This document shows positions 32,003-41,083 of a stretch of 64,000 bases of DNA, piece by piece. The DNA comes from a virus (taxonomy: Duplodnaviria; Caudoviricetes): positions 1 through 64,000 of IMG/VR virus record IMGVR_UViG_3300028797_002495. One strand, given 5' to 3'. Below the pieces are notes generated by a model. That model made no database searches. It had not been told where the DNA came from and worked only from the letters and a program-made list of their open reading frames with translations. Every line of letters begins with the position of its first letter. Position 1 is the stretch's first letter. Made by a program: the position numbers and the translations under genes.

Positions 32003-32596
32003 GGTGAATTTAACTGGAAGATACGTATGACAATTGAGGGAACTCCTCTAAAAATATCTTTTATAGAAAATCCAGTTTATGTTTGGAAAATAGGTTCAGA
32101 ACATAGTATTACAAGAACTGGAAAAGATGATAAAGGAATTCCTCAGTATAACTTCGATCTTTGTCAGGTTGGTGCTACTATCGCTTCTATACGTGCAGCG
32201 AAATTCTGCAAACAAAAGAATCCATTTAACGGTGGAATTGATAGATTTATTACAGAAATGATGGTTGATAAATATTTTACATATGTCGAGTGTGTAGATA
32301 AAAAACCTATATTTGCTGAACAGAATTTGTTTAATGCAAAGAGATTTTATCATGAATGCTATAAAGAAATTGAACCAAAGATTAGTGATAAGATTCTTAA
32401 AGATATGTATACAATGCAGAGAGGTCTTCATGCCAATGAATTATTAGGGATTATTCCTGATATTTCTTTCTTTGAATTTATGGACAAAGTTAGAAATGAT
32501 GAATATGGTGGCGAAGAAGAACTTAAAGCAATTAGAGCAAAACTTCCTCAAGATATTATAGATAATGATATTAAGACGGGGGTTGCTATATTTTAA
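32003..32596 (+). CDS. GT2 glycosyltransferase, exon 2 (spliced protein 363 aa)
   Basis: In frame after splicing. VYVWK..SEHSITR is typical of GT2 C-terminal halves. Confidence 0.85.
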   Translation, partial: GEFNWKIRMTIEGTPLKISFIENPVYVWKIGSEHSITRTGKDDKGIPQYNFDLCQVGATIASIRAAKFCKQKNPFNGGIDRFITEMMVDKYFTYVECVDKKPIFAEQNLFNAKRFYHECYKEIEPKISDKILKDMYTMQRGLHANELLGIIPDISFFEFMDKVRNDEYGGEEELKAIRAKLPQDIIDNDIKTGVAIF

Positions 32597-32608
32597 TTAG
32601 GAGGCACT

Positions 32609-33415
32609 ATGGATTACGAAAAAGAGTATTCTTTTTGTGGAGCGTTGCCATCTCCTGATGATGAAAGGGATTATAAATTAGATAGTTTAATTATGAGAGC
32701 AATACAACTACCTGAAGAATATATTGTTCCGATTCCTGCGATTATTGCAGATCAGAAAAACGTAGGTAGCTGCGTAGCTTCAACTATCGCACAAATAAAA
32801 CATTCTCAAGAATTTGAAGAATTAGGCGACACTGAAATGTTTAGTGCCGCCTATATTTATGCAAATCGCAAAGATACAGATTATCAAGGGTCGGGAATGT
32901 ATCCTAGAGAAGCGTTACAAAATCTTGTAGAAGACGGTATTTGTCACCAAAAAGATTTTCAAGGATATGACAAATATGAATATGCTGATTTAAAAGCACA
33001 GTATCTTTCGCAAAAGGATAAATTAGATAAAATTGCAAAGCCGTATAGGATTGCATCTTATTACAGATTGAATGATTTGGAAGATATTAAAATCGCTCTA
33101 ACAACTGTGGGATATGTGCAAGTTTGTTATCCAGTTTATAAGTGCCTTTATAATCCAGATAAAAATGGGATGGTTAAATATAACAAGCTATCTCACGGAA
33201 AGAATTATGGCGGTCATAGTATGACTTGCGTTGGATATTCAGACAAGAAGCAGGCGTTGGCGATTGTTAATTCTTGGGGGAAAGATTACGGCACTTCTAT
33301 TGAGGGAGTTGCCGATGGTGGCTGTATTTGGATTCCGTATGATTACGAATTTACAGAAGCTTGGGCTTTAGTTGATGCGACCACTCAAAAAGAACTTTTA
33401 AGATTGTTTAATTAA
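32609..33415 (+). CDS. Papain-like cysteine peptidase (C1 family)
   Basis: QKNVGSCVA (oxyanion Gln and catalytic Cys), GGHSMTCVGY (His), IVNSWG (Asn). Confidence 0.9.
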   Translation: MDYEKEYSFCGALPSPDDERDYKLDSLIMRAIQLPEEYIVPIPAIIADQKNVGSCVASTIAQIKHSQEFEELGDTEMFSAAYIYANRKDTDYQGSGMYPREALQNLVEDGICHQKDFQGYDKYEYADLKAQYLSQKDKLDKIAKPYRIASYYRLNDLEDIKIALTTVGYVQVCYPVYKCLYNPDKNGMVKYNKLSHGKNYGGHSMTCVGYSDKKQALAIVNSWGKDYGTSIEGVADGGCIWIPYDYEFTEAWALVDATTQKELLRLFN

Positions 33416-33423
33416 AGGAAGGA

Positions 33424-33648
33424 ATGATTATGTATTGGATAGACGGAACTCTTAAGCAGGTTATGTTTATTGCTGATTCAGCAAGCGACGTTAACAATCT
33501 TCCTACAATGACAACCGAAGGAACGCAACAGGGCGTAGACAACGTTTCTAACAACAAGGTTGCTATGGGATCAAAATGTTTAATTATACCAACTGGAGAG
33601 GTATATATTCTTAATTCTTCTAACCAATGGGTTAAGATAGGAGGATAA
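33424..33648 (+). CDS. Small hypothetical virion protein
   Basis: 74 aa with RBS. FIADSASDVNNLP...GSKC...GEVYILNS..W motif. Confidence 0.6.
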   Translation: MIMYWIDGTLKQVMFIADSASDVNNLPTMTTEGTQQGVDNVSNNKVAMGSKCLIIPTGEVYILNSSNQWVKIGG

Positions 33649-33649
33649 T

Positions 33650-35119
33650 ATGGCTTTAGATATTATTTCTTATGCCCTTTCTATGGGCTATACTGACGAA
33701 ACCGTTATTGGTGGAGGAGCCATTAAAGGTAAGAACTGTACTATAGATAGTATCGATGATATACCTAACGGCAAAAGAATAACTTTCTTGTGGACTTTAG
33801 ACGATGGTTCAACAAGAACCACCACAATGGATGTCCTTAACGGAGAAAAGGGCGATGCTGGCGTTCAGGGTCAGACCGGAGCCAAGGGCGATAAGGGAGA
33901 CAAGGGCGATAAAGGCGAACAAGGAATACAGGGACAAAAGGGAGACAAAGGAGATGTTGGTGCTCAAGGATTAACTGGGGCACAAGGAATACAAGGAATA
34001 CAGGGCGTTAAAGGCGATAAGGGCGATGACGGATATCCATTCTTAATTTATAAACAGTACGACACTATTAGTGAGTTTGACGCATCAGACTTCCCAGAAA
34101 TAGGGCTGATGTTTATGGTTATGACTTTTATAGAGGATATGGGCTATCCGATTTATCGTTATACTGGCGTAGGAACACCGCCCTACTCTCTTATTACTTA
34201 TATGAATACTGAAGGAATTAAGGGAGATAAAGGGGATAAGGGTGATACTGGAGCACAAGGTATTCAAGGAGAACAAGGCGAAACTGGTCTTGGAATAAAG
34301 AGCGTTGATATTGATGCTAATAATCACCTTATTATTACATACACAGATAACGAAACCGAAGATGCTGGCGTGATATATGGAGACGCTTCTCTTGTTGCGA
34401 GTGTGACTGCAAACGCTTCTGTTGGAGCAATATCAAGCGGAACCACGATTACGGCAGGAACTTCATTTACTGATTTCGTAAGAAAGTTGCTCATTTCTGA
34501 ACTTGCTCCTACTATAGGTTTCTCTATTAGTAAGAGCGGAAATGTTGTGTATGGAAGTTCTTATACAGAAACTCTTACAGTTAATGTTTCTAATATGGGA
34601 ACTGCAAAAAAGATCAAGAGTATTGCTTGGTATCAGGATAATACGTTGTTAAGAACTGATACTATAGACAGCACAACGACTGGCTCTTGGACATATACAA
34701 TGGGTAGTGCCACAACAAGTACGACCACATTTAAGGCTATTATAACCTATACAAAGTCGGACGATATTGATACTACTTCAACAAAAACTGCAAGCATTAA
34801 TTTCTACTATAACAAGTTCTATGGTGCGGTTAGCGATGTTAATCCTAGTGAGGCAACGGTCGAAGCCCTTACCTCTGCTCTTGGCACTGCAAAGGGTGGC
34901 ACGTATTCATTTACTGTTACGGCAGGCAGAATATGTTATGCATATCCTAAGAGTCTTGGTGCTCTTGCAAGTATTAAGGACGGTAACGGATTCAGCTTAT
35001 TTGATTCATTCACAAGAACAGAACAGACATATACGCAAAATGGAACAAGTGTTGTTTATTACAGATACGTACTTACAGATGCGACCACGGTTAGTGGCTA
35101 TAGCGTAACGTTTGCATAA
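33650..35119 (+). CDS. Collagen-like fibre protein
   Basis: Two G-X-Y runs (GEKGDAG...GDKGDDG and GIKGDKG...GETG) followed by a T-rich beta domain. Confidence 0.85.
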   Translation: MALDIISYALSMGYTDETVIGGGAIKGKNCTIDSIDDIPNGKRITFLWTLDDGSTRTTTMDVLNGEKGDAGVQGQTGAKGDKGDKGDKGEQGIQGQKGDKGDVGAQGLTGAQGIQGIQGVKGDKGDDGYPFLIYKQYDTISEFDASDFPEIGLMFMVMTFIEDMGYPIYRYTGVGTPPYSLITYMNTEGIKGDKGDKGDTGAQGIQGEQGETGLGIKSVDIDANNHLIITYTDNETEDAGVIYGDASLVASVTANASVGAISSGTTITAGTSFTDFVRKLLISELAPTIGFSISKSGNVVYGSSYTETLTVNVSNMGTAKKIKSIAWYQDNTLLRTDTIDSTTTGSWTYTMGSATTSTTTFKAIITYTKSDDIDTTSTKTASINFYYNKFYGAVSDVNPSEATVEALTSALGTAKGGTYSFTVTAGRICYAYPKSLGALASIKDGNGFSLFDSFTRTEQTYTQNGTSVVYYRYVLTDATTVSGYSVTFA

Positions 35120-35133
35120 GGAGGTGATTTAAT

Positions 35134-36297
35134 ATGGCAATTAATGTAGCGGATAATTTTAGTTACAAAGGCAGTAAGCCTCTTGATGCAAGAATTAAAG
35201 CAAATACAGTTTCAGATTTAGTAAGCACTCCCGCCGCTGATTTATATGACGGATGCTTTGCTTATGTAACGGGAACAAAGAAATATTATAGTTATGATTC
35301 TACAAATACATCAGATCCCACTCTTGGCAAATGGCGTGAGTTTCAGCAAGGTGGAGGAGGCGGCGGCTCTCTCCCATCTGGTGGAACAACAGGACAATCA
35401 CTTGTTAAACATTCTGATTCCGATGACGATGTTGAATGGTTTGATGTGACAAAAGAAATAAGTCTTGATGATTTCAATAATCTTACTCAAGAAGAAAAAG
35501 ATAATGGTACATCATATTATATTCCCGATGCTACCGTTGTATCTAATCTTACTGTAATGGGTAATAGATTTGATAAGGCTAATATTTATACTACTGATGA
35601 AAGAGTTGTTGGCTCGTTTTTAGGAAAGCCTCTTTATCAAAAGACTATTACGGGATTAAAATTTCCGGCATCAATAACCGATGGAGAAGCGAAATCAAAA
35701 TCGTATTATCTTGGCAATGATTTGGGAATCGAAAATGTTGAGACTGTTACATATTATACTGGTATATATTCTGAAAACACTATTCCAATGATTTGGTTTA
35801 GAAATAGTTCTTTATATTGTAGAAGAATAGCTTTTCAAAAAATAGTAGATGATATGTATATAACAACATCGTCAAATAGAGATAGCGATTCTGATCAAAC
35901 TATAGATTCTATTACTATCCAATACACCAAATCAACCGACACCACGGTTAACATAGGTACAGGGAATGACTATTCTACTGATGAGCAGATAATTGGTACT
36001 TGGATTGACGGAAAGCCGTTGTATCAGAAGACTATAGATCTTGGGAACTTACCCAATGCTACTACTAAACAAGTTAATACTGAAATCTCAAATGTAAAAA
36101 GATTGATAAACTATTCAGCAACTGCAACAGATAGTAACGGAGGTAATATTGCATTCCCTAGGCTATGGTTAGGCGGATCTGGTGACATGTATATAGGATT
36201 TGGATCAAATCTCTCAACTATTAATGTAGCTACTACATCTGACAGAAGCGGTATGACTGGATATTGTACAGTTCAATACACCAAAACCACAGATTAA
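35134..36297 (+). CDS. Fibre protein with two C-terminal GKPLYQK...QYTK modules
   Basis: N-terminal NFSYKGSKPLDAR, LPSGGTTGQSLVK linker and two repeated modules. Confidence 0.65.
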   Translation: MAINVADNFSYKGSKPLDARIKANTVSDLVSTPAADLYDGCFAYVTGTKKYYSYDSTNTSDPTLGKWREFQQGGGGGGSLPSGGTTGQSLVKHSDSDDDVEWFDVTKEISLDDFNNLTQEEKDNGTSYYIPDATVVSNLTVMGNRFDKANIYTTDERVVGSFLGKPLYQKTITGLKFPASITDGEAKSKSYYLGNDLGIENVETVTYYTGIYSENTIPMIWFRNSSLYCRRIAFQKIVDDMYITTSSNRDSDSDQTIDSITIQYTKSTDTTVNIGTGNDYSTDEQIIGTWIDGKPLYQKTIDLGNLPNATTKQVNTEISNVKRLINYSATATDSNGGNIAFPRLWLGGSGDMYIGFGSNLSTINVATTSDRSGMTGYCTVQYTKTTD

Positions 36298-36309
36298 GGA
36301 GGAAAGTTC

Positions 36310-37335
36310 ATGAGTACAATATATAAAAATGGTACATATTATGGTCAAATAGAAACAATGTTTGGCTATACGCCTTTAGGAACTATTATCTCCTACTATG
36401 GTGAAACCGCTCCAAGATTTTATTTGGCATGCGATGGAACTATTTATAATAAAACAGATTATCCAGAGCTTGCAGAGCATTTGTTATCTTTAACAAATCA
36501 TTCTCAGTACGAAGTTTCTGGCGATAATACTAAGTTTAAAGTGCCAGACTTAAGAGGAGAATTTATTAGAGGTACTGGAACTAATTCACATATAGGTCAA
36601 GGGTCAGGTGAATCTGTAGGAGAACATCAGTCAGCGACAGACTTACAATATTTTGGATTTTACGAAGGCACGCTTTATGCTTCTGGAGAATATCCTACTA
36701 ATTATGACGGTTTGCGACATAATGGTAAAAGATTAAATGTGAATAATTTGACAGGATCTTATACTACAGTTGCAGAAAGTTCTTCTTTGTCTCAATTTGA
36801 AACAAATATTTATGCTCGCCCCACTAATACTTCAGTTCTTTATTGTATTTCTTATAAAGACATATATACCAAACCTATAGAGGAAGATATGCCTCCTGCA
36901 GATATGGAAGAAGTGCTCTCCCCTCTTCCCTCTGTGATGTCTCGTAGAATGATATATAGCACGACTGAGCAGGTAATAGGTCAGTGGATAGACGGTAAGC
37001 CACTATATCAAAAGGTCGTACAACTTACCAATCAGCAATTTGGTGATGTGAATACAACTAAATATTTCAATTTAATGGATGCGACTGATTTATCTATAGT
37101 ATCTATGAAAGCAACAATATCTTTTGTTATGGGTGGGGCAACATATATGCTTAATGTAGATTCTACCTTATTTAATGATGCCGGCACATTAAATTCTTTA
37201 AGAACGATAGTAGCATATGATACCTCAACGAAGAAAGTAAGACTGAAAACCATTCAATCTATAACCGGTACAGTTGAAAATATACCTATAAATGATATTA
37301 CTGCGATTATTCAATACACAAAAACCACTGATTAA
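36310..37335 (+). CDS. Tail-collar domain fibre protein with one GKPLYQK...QYTK module
   Basis: TPLGTIISYYG..AP..YLACDG...YPELA...VPDLRGEFIRG is the phage tail collar motif. Confidence 0.8.
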   Translation: MSTIYKNGTYYGQIETMFGYTPLGTIISYYGETAPRFYLACDGTIYNKTDYPELAEHLLSLTNHSQYEVSGDNTKFKVPDLRGEFIRGTGTNSHIGQGSGESVGEHQSATDLQYFGFYEGTLYASGEYPTNYDGLRHNGKRLNVNNLTGSYTTVAESSSLSQFETNIYARPTNTSVLYCISYKDIYTKPIEEDMPPADMEEVLSPLPSVMSRRMIYSTTEQVIGQWIDGKPLYQKVVQLTNQQFGDVNTTKYFNLMDATDLSIVSMKATISFVMGGATYMLNVDSTLFNDAGTLNSLRTIVAYDTSTKKVRLKTIQSITGTVENIPINDITAIIQYTKTTD

Positions 37336-37349
37336 GGAGGAACATATAA

Positions 37350-38186
37350 ATGAGTTTAACAAACCCTAATTCAGTTGTAACTGAACAGAGATTATCAGAA
37401 TTTTATCAAGGTATACTTCCTTATCTTGGTGGTATGCCTGATATATTAGCTAATAAGTTTGATAAGGCTAATATGTATAGTACGGATGAAAAGATCATCG
37501 GGCAGTGGACTGACGGGAAACCGTTGTATCAGAAAGTTATTACATTTAATTCTGCCGTACAGATAAACATGAACGCTTCTGATCAAACATTATGCGACAT
37601 TACTGATTTAAATATAGATAAATTAGTTGATTTAGAAGTGTTTAGAAATGATTATTGCAAACAGAATATGTGGGCACAATATATAGATACCACTAATAAA
37701 TTAATCAAGGTTAAGCCGTTGGCATATAATCCATCAGAAACCGTACAGACTGTTCCTATTTTAAGACTCATAGTGAAATACACCAAAACCACAGATTCAC
37801 CAGTAGCAATCGGAATAGATACAGACTATTCTACAACAGAAAAGATTGTGGGTACATGGGTAGATGGACGACCAATCTATCAAAGGACTATTGATGGTAC
37901 AATGCCTACACCGAGTGAAGATTTTGGAACTCCTGAAATAATAAGTATAGATATAAATACATGGAACATTGATGATTGTCTTTCTATTCAAGTTACTGGA
38001 AGTACTCCATACAGTCTTGGATTTTATGGTGTATGGGTAACACGAAATAATACAACAGGTGCAGCAGGAATTACTTCAGCCTTTTATGACCCAGCAAATT
38101 CTAGAATTAGAATAACTAATAATAGAACTGGTTATAGCGGAATGAATGTAAAACTCACTATTCAATATACTAAAACTACAAATTAA
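37350..38186 (+). CDS. Fibre protein with two GKPLYQK...QYTK modules (paralog of 35134-36297 C-terminus)
   Basis: NKFDKANMYSTDEKIIG versus NRFDKANIYTTDERVVG. Confidence 0.65.
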   Translation: MSLTNPNSVVTEQRLSEFYQGILPYLGGMPDILANKFDKANMYSTDEKIIGQWTDGKPLYQKVITFNSAVQINMNASDQTLCDITDLNIDKLVDLEVFRNDYCKQNMWAQYIDTTNKLIKVKPLAYNPSETVQTVPILRLIVKYTKTTDSPVAIGIDTDYSTTEKIVGTWVDGRPIYQRTIDGTMPTPSEDFGTPEIISIDINTWNIDDCLSIQVTGSTPYSLGFYGVWVTRNNTTGAAGITSAFYDPANSRIRITNNRTGYSGMNVKLTIQYTKTTN

Positions 38187-38446
38187 TGAGTTTTAATTAT
38201 TATCTTTATACTGAAGATGATGAAATAAGGGATCAATTAATATTTGACGCTCGTCAAATAAATAGCATTTACGCAGTTACAAAATTATTAAATGAATACA
38301 ATATATATTTGAACGACTATACCAACACCTCAGAAGTATCCACGTCGCTTTGTAAAATCGATTTTAAGACACTTTACAAGCGTAAGGGTACTCTGGGGTG
38401 TATTGGGTTTGGAAGTCACTTTTATGAGGTCGTTACGGACTCGTAG
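38186..38446 (+). CDS. Hypothetical protein
   Basis: 86-aa ORF coupled to the previous stop (TAATG). Confidence 0.5.
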   Translation: MSFNYYLYTEDDEIRDQLIFDARQINSIYAVTKLLNEYNIYLNDYTNTSEVSTSLCKIDFKTLYKRKGTLGCIGFGSHFYEVVTDS

Positions 38447-38526
38447 AGTTATTCGCTTTGCGGGTTAAGATAACGAATAATTTTACGTTTAAAACGAGTA
38501 ATAATTAACAAGAAAGGAGGAATCAT

Positions 38527-39975
38527 ATGCCAGATATAGAAAAAGCTGTTAAATATATGGAAGACATTGCCAATGATGATTCTCATGGCTACGCCCAAGA
38601 TAATCGAGGAGGAAATCCAGACTATGACTGCTCCTCTCTTGTAGGTACTGCTTTAAATGTGGCAGGCTTTAATGTTTCAAAGGGGAGCACAACTAGAAAT
38701 CTTTATCAGCAAATGATTAATTGTGGATTTAAAGAAATAGCAATTGATGCTCCTAGAAAAAGAGGCGATGTATTTTTAAGCGTTGGTCATCATGTAGTAA
38801 TGTGTACCGATGCTGACAATATAGTACACGCTTCATTAAATGAAAATGGTGGAATTAAAAATGGACAGCCTGGCGACCAGACTGGTAAAGAGATTTGCAT
38901 TAGAAGTTATTACAATCATAAGAATGGTTGGAGCTATCATTTAAGATACGAATCTTTTACTCCAAATCCTGTAACTCAAAAGGGATTCTTGGTTGATATA
39001 AGTCATCATAATCTTATATTAGATTGGGTTGATCTTGCAAGAGAAGTTGACGGAGTTATAGTGCGTGCTGGATACCGTGGTTATCAGAATGGAACCATTA
39101 CAGAAGATAAACTATTCGATTATCACATAAAAGAATTGACAAAAAGGAATGTAAAGGTGGGCTTGTATTTCTACTCTCAGGCAATTACAGAAGTCGAAGG
39201 AGTCGAAGAAGCCAAATGGATTATAGATAAAGCAAAAGCATATAAAATTGATTACCCGATTTTTATAGATTCGGAATATGCTAATAAAACTCATAATGGT
39301 AGAGCTGATGCGTTAAGTAAAGATGCAAGAACGAAAATTACAATTGCGTTCTGTAATGAAGTTGCTAAAGCGGGATATGTTGCCGGGGTTTATGCTTCAG
39401 AGAACTGGTTTAAGAATCAGTTAGATTTTAATAAATTAACTAATTACTTTATATGGTGTGCAAAATATAGCACAAACAAACCTAATATACCACATTACGA
39501 TGCATGGCAATATGGCAGCAAACAATTCTCGTGGGCAAAAGCACCAATAGATGTTAACGAATGGTACAATAATAATCCTAAAATTGTAACCCCTGACGTT
39601 ACACCAACTCAACCGTTTAAAAATACAGTAAAAGTAAATACACATCTTAATATTCGCAACAAGCCAGTAGTAGGTGAAATTGTTGGAAAACTCAATAATG
39701 GAGATACCGTTGTAGTTATTGGATATCAAAAAGGATGGCTACAGATTGGATCTAACGAATGGGTAAGTGAGACATATGTTCACAGTTCGTATGGGCTTGT
39801 TACTGCTAACTCACTAAATGTTCGTAAGGGTAATTCTACTGCTTATGAAAGTCTCGGATTTGTTCATAAGAATAACAATGTTAAAATCGTTAAAGAATTA
39901 GGTGGGTGGTATCAGATAATTGCTCCAAACGGATTGTTTGGTTGGGCAAGCAGTAAATATATAGACTTGATTTAG
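38527..39975 (+). CDS. Endolysin: NlpC/P60-type amidase/peptidase + GH25 muramidase + two SH3b domains
   Basis: YDCSSLV...HV catalytic Cys/His, VDISHHN..DW..VIVRAGYRGY..IFIDSE (GH25), LNIRNKP and LNVRKG (SH3b). Confidence 0.9.
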   Translation: MPDIEKAVKYMEDIANDDSHGYAQDNRGGNPDYDCSSLVGTALNVAGFNVSKGSTTRNLYQQMINCGFKEIAIDAPRKRGDVFLSVGHHVVMCTDADNIVHASLNENGGIKNGQPGDQTGKEICIRSYYNHKNGWSYHLRYESFTPNPVTQKGFLVDISHHNLILDWVDLAREVDGVIVRAGYRGYQNGTITEDKLFDYHIKELTKRNVKVGLYFYSQAITEVEGVEEAKWIIDKAKAYKIDYPIFIDSEYANKTHNGRADALSKDARTKITIAFCNEVAKAGYVAGVYASENWFKNQLDFNKLTNYFIWCAKYSTNKPNIPHYDAWQYGSKQFSWAKAPIDVNEWYNNNPKIVTPDVTPTQPFKNTVKVNTHLNIRNKPVVGEIVGKLNNGDTVVVIGYQKGWLQIGSNEWVSETYVHSSYGLVTANSLNVRKGNSTAYESLGFVHKNNNVKIVKELGGWYQIIAPNGLFGWASSKYIDLI

Positions 39976-39991
39976 AAAGGCACAATTACAA

Positions 39992-40531
39992 ATGAAAGAC
40001 GTTATCGAATTAATACAATTATCAGGACTGGAGGTTCCTGCATGGATTTTCTTAGTGGCACTTGGAGGTGCTCTTATTTATTTTATAGTAAAATTCTTCA
40101 GAAAAACTCTCGTTCCTAAAGTTGAAGAATATATAAAAATTAAGAGTGACATCATGGCTATTCCGCTTATCAGAAGTAAGCAAGAAGAAGCCATACGAAA
40201 ATCTATAGAGGGAGATCAAATGTTAGAACACAGGATTGATAAAATGGATGAGAAATTGGATCAAATTGTGAATGTGTTGACTGAACTTCAAGCTATGACA
40301 AAAGAACAAGCCTCAAATAGTGCAGCTCAGTCTTCTGGGTTGAAGATGATGCTTGCTAATGAATTGGATAAACGTTACAGAAGATACTTAGAACTTGGTT
40401 ATATTCCTGACAAGGAATTTGATGAGTACTGCGAAACCTATCGCATATATCATGATGAACTTGGTGGAAATCATACAGGCACACAAAAGTATAATTATGT
40501 AATGGAACACCTAGAGAGAAAGATCATCTAG
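39992..40531 (+). CDS. Membrane-anchored coiled-coil protein (lysis accessory or holin-like)
   Basis: Single N-terminal TM. C-terminal Y..YH.ELGGN.TG motif common next to lysins. Confidence 0.55.
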   Translation: MKDVIELIQLSGLEVPAWIFLVALGGALIYFIVKFFRKTLVPKVEEYIKIKSDIMAIPLIRSKQEEAIRKSIEGDQMLEHRIDKMDEKLDQIVNVLTELQAMTKEQASNSAAQSSGLKMMLANELDKRYRRYLELGYIPDKEFDEYCETYRIYHDELGGNHTGTQKYNYVMEHLERKII

Positions 40532-40558
40532 GAATCTTATAGAAAGGGGGAATGAGGA

Positions 40559-40705
40559 ATGGACGAAAGAGAAAAATATTTACAACTGATAAATGAGAAA
40601 GACGACATCAAGGATTTAGAAAAATATTATGACAATGTGGACGTGACCAAGTTAACCCTTTCTGAATTGAAAGAATATCTGATTCATGTCATAGGACATT
40701 GTTAA
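40559..40705 (+). CDS. 48-aa hypothetical protein (not in ORF track)
   Basis: Purine-rich RBS, MDEREKYLQLINEKDDIKDLEKYY...HVIGHC. Confidence 0.45.
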   Translation: MDEREKYLQLINEKDDIKDLEKYYDNVDVTKLTLSELKEYLIHVIGHC

Positions 40706-40756
40706 GTCGGACTAGAGACCTTAAACCTAATTCCATTGGTCGAGAGACCTAAAACC

Positions 40757-40798
40757 AAAAAGGAAGTAAGAGCTAAAAACTCCTACTTCCTTTTTTTT
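40757..40798. terminator. Bidirectional terminator between convergent late and integrase units
   Basis: A5-GGAAGTA...TACTTCC-T8 stem with A and T tracts. Confidence 0.75.
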
Positions 40799-40891
40799 AC
40801 CCACAATATTTGTGGTAAAATCATTGTTTTTTACCACATATTTTTCGGGTTGTGTTTTGGAAGAGTACAATTCAAGTGCTCCTCCTTTCCG

Positions 40892-41067
40892 TTTGCTTAC
40901 CTTTTTGCTTACCTTTTGAAGCACCGAGTCTGCAAACCCGCATAAATACGGCATTTTTTCATGCCTCAGACCGGAATCGAACCCTGGTTCAAATGGGAAG
41001 AATCCAGTATTTACTAGGCTTTCCAGACTTTTTCTTTGCTTACTTTTTGACTATTTTGCTTACCTTT
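40892..41067. other. attP: tRNA 3'-end core (40962-40983) with arm-type repeats on both sides
   Basis: The - strand reads GGTTCGATTCCGGTCTGAGGCA (T-loop plus 3' acceptor strand). TTTGCTTAC(C/T)TTT repeats at 40892, 40904, 41035 and 41055. Adjacent to the integrase 3' end. Confidence 0.8.
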
Positions 41068-41083
41068 AATGATAAACATTAAA

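Noticed and set aside
33840-34300. CRISPR-like or tandem DNA repeats
   Set aside because: The periodicity is 9 bp and reflects collagen G-X-Y codons. No constant-repeat/unique-spacer array was seen anywhere in the window.
40962-40983. tRNA gene on the - strand
   Set aside because: Only the T-loop and 3' acceptor strand are present. It is better explained as the attP core.
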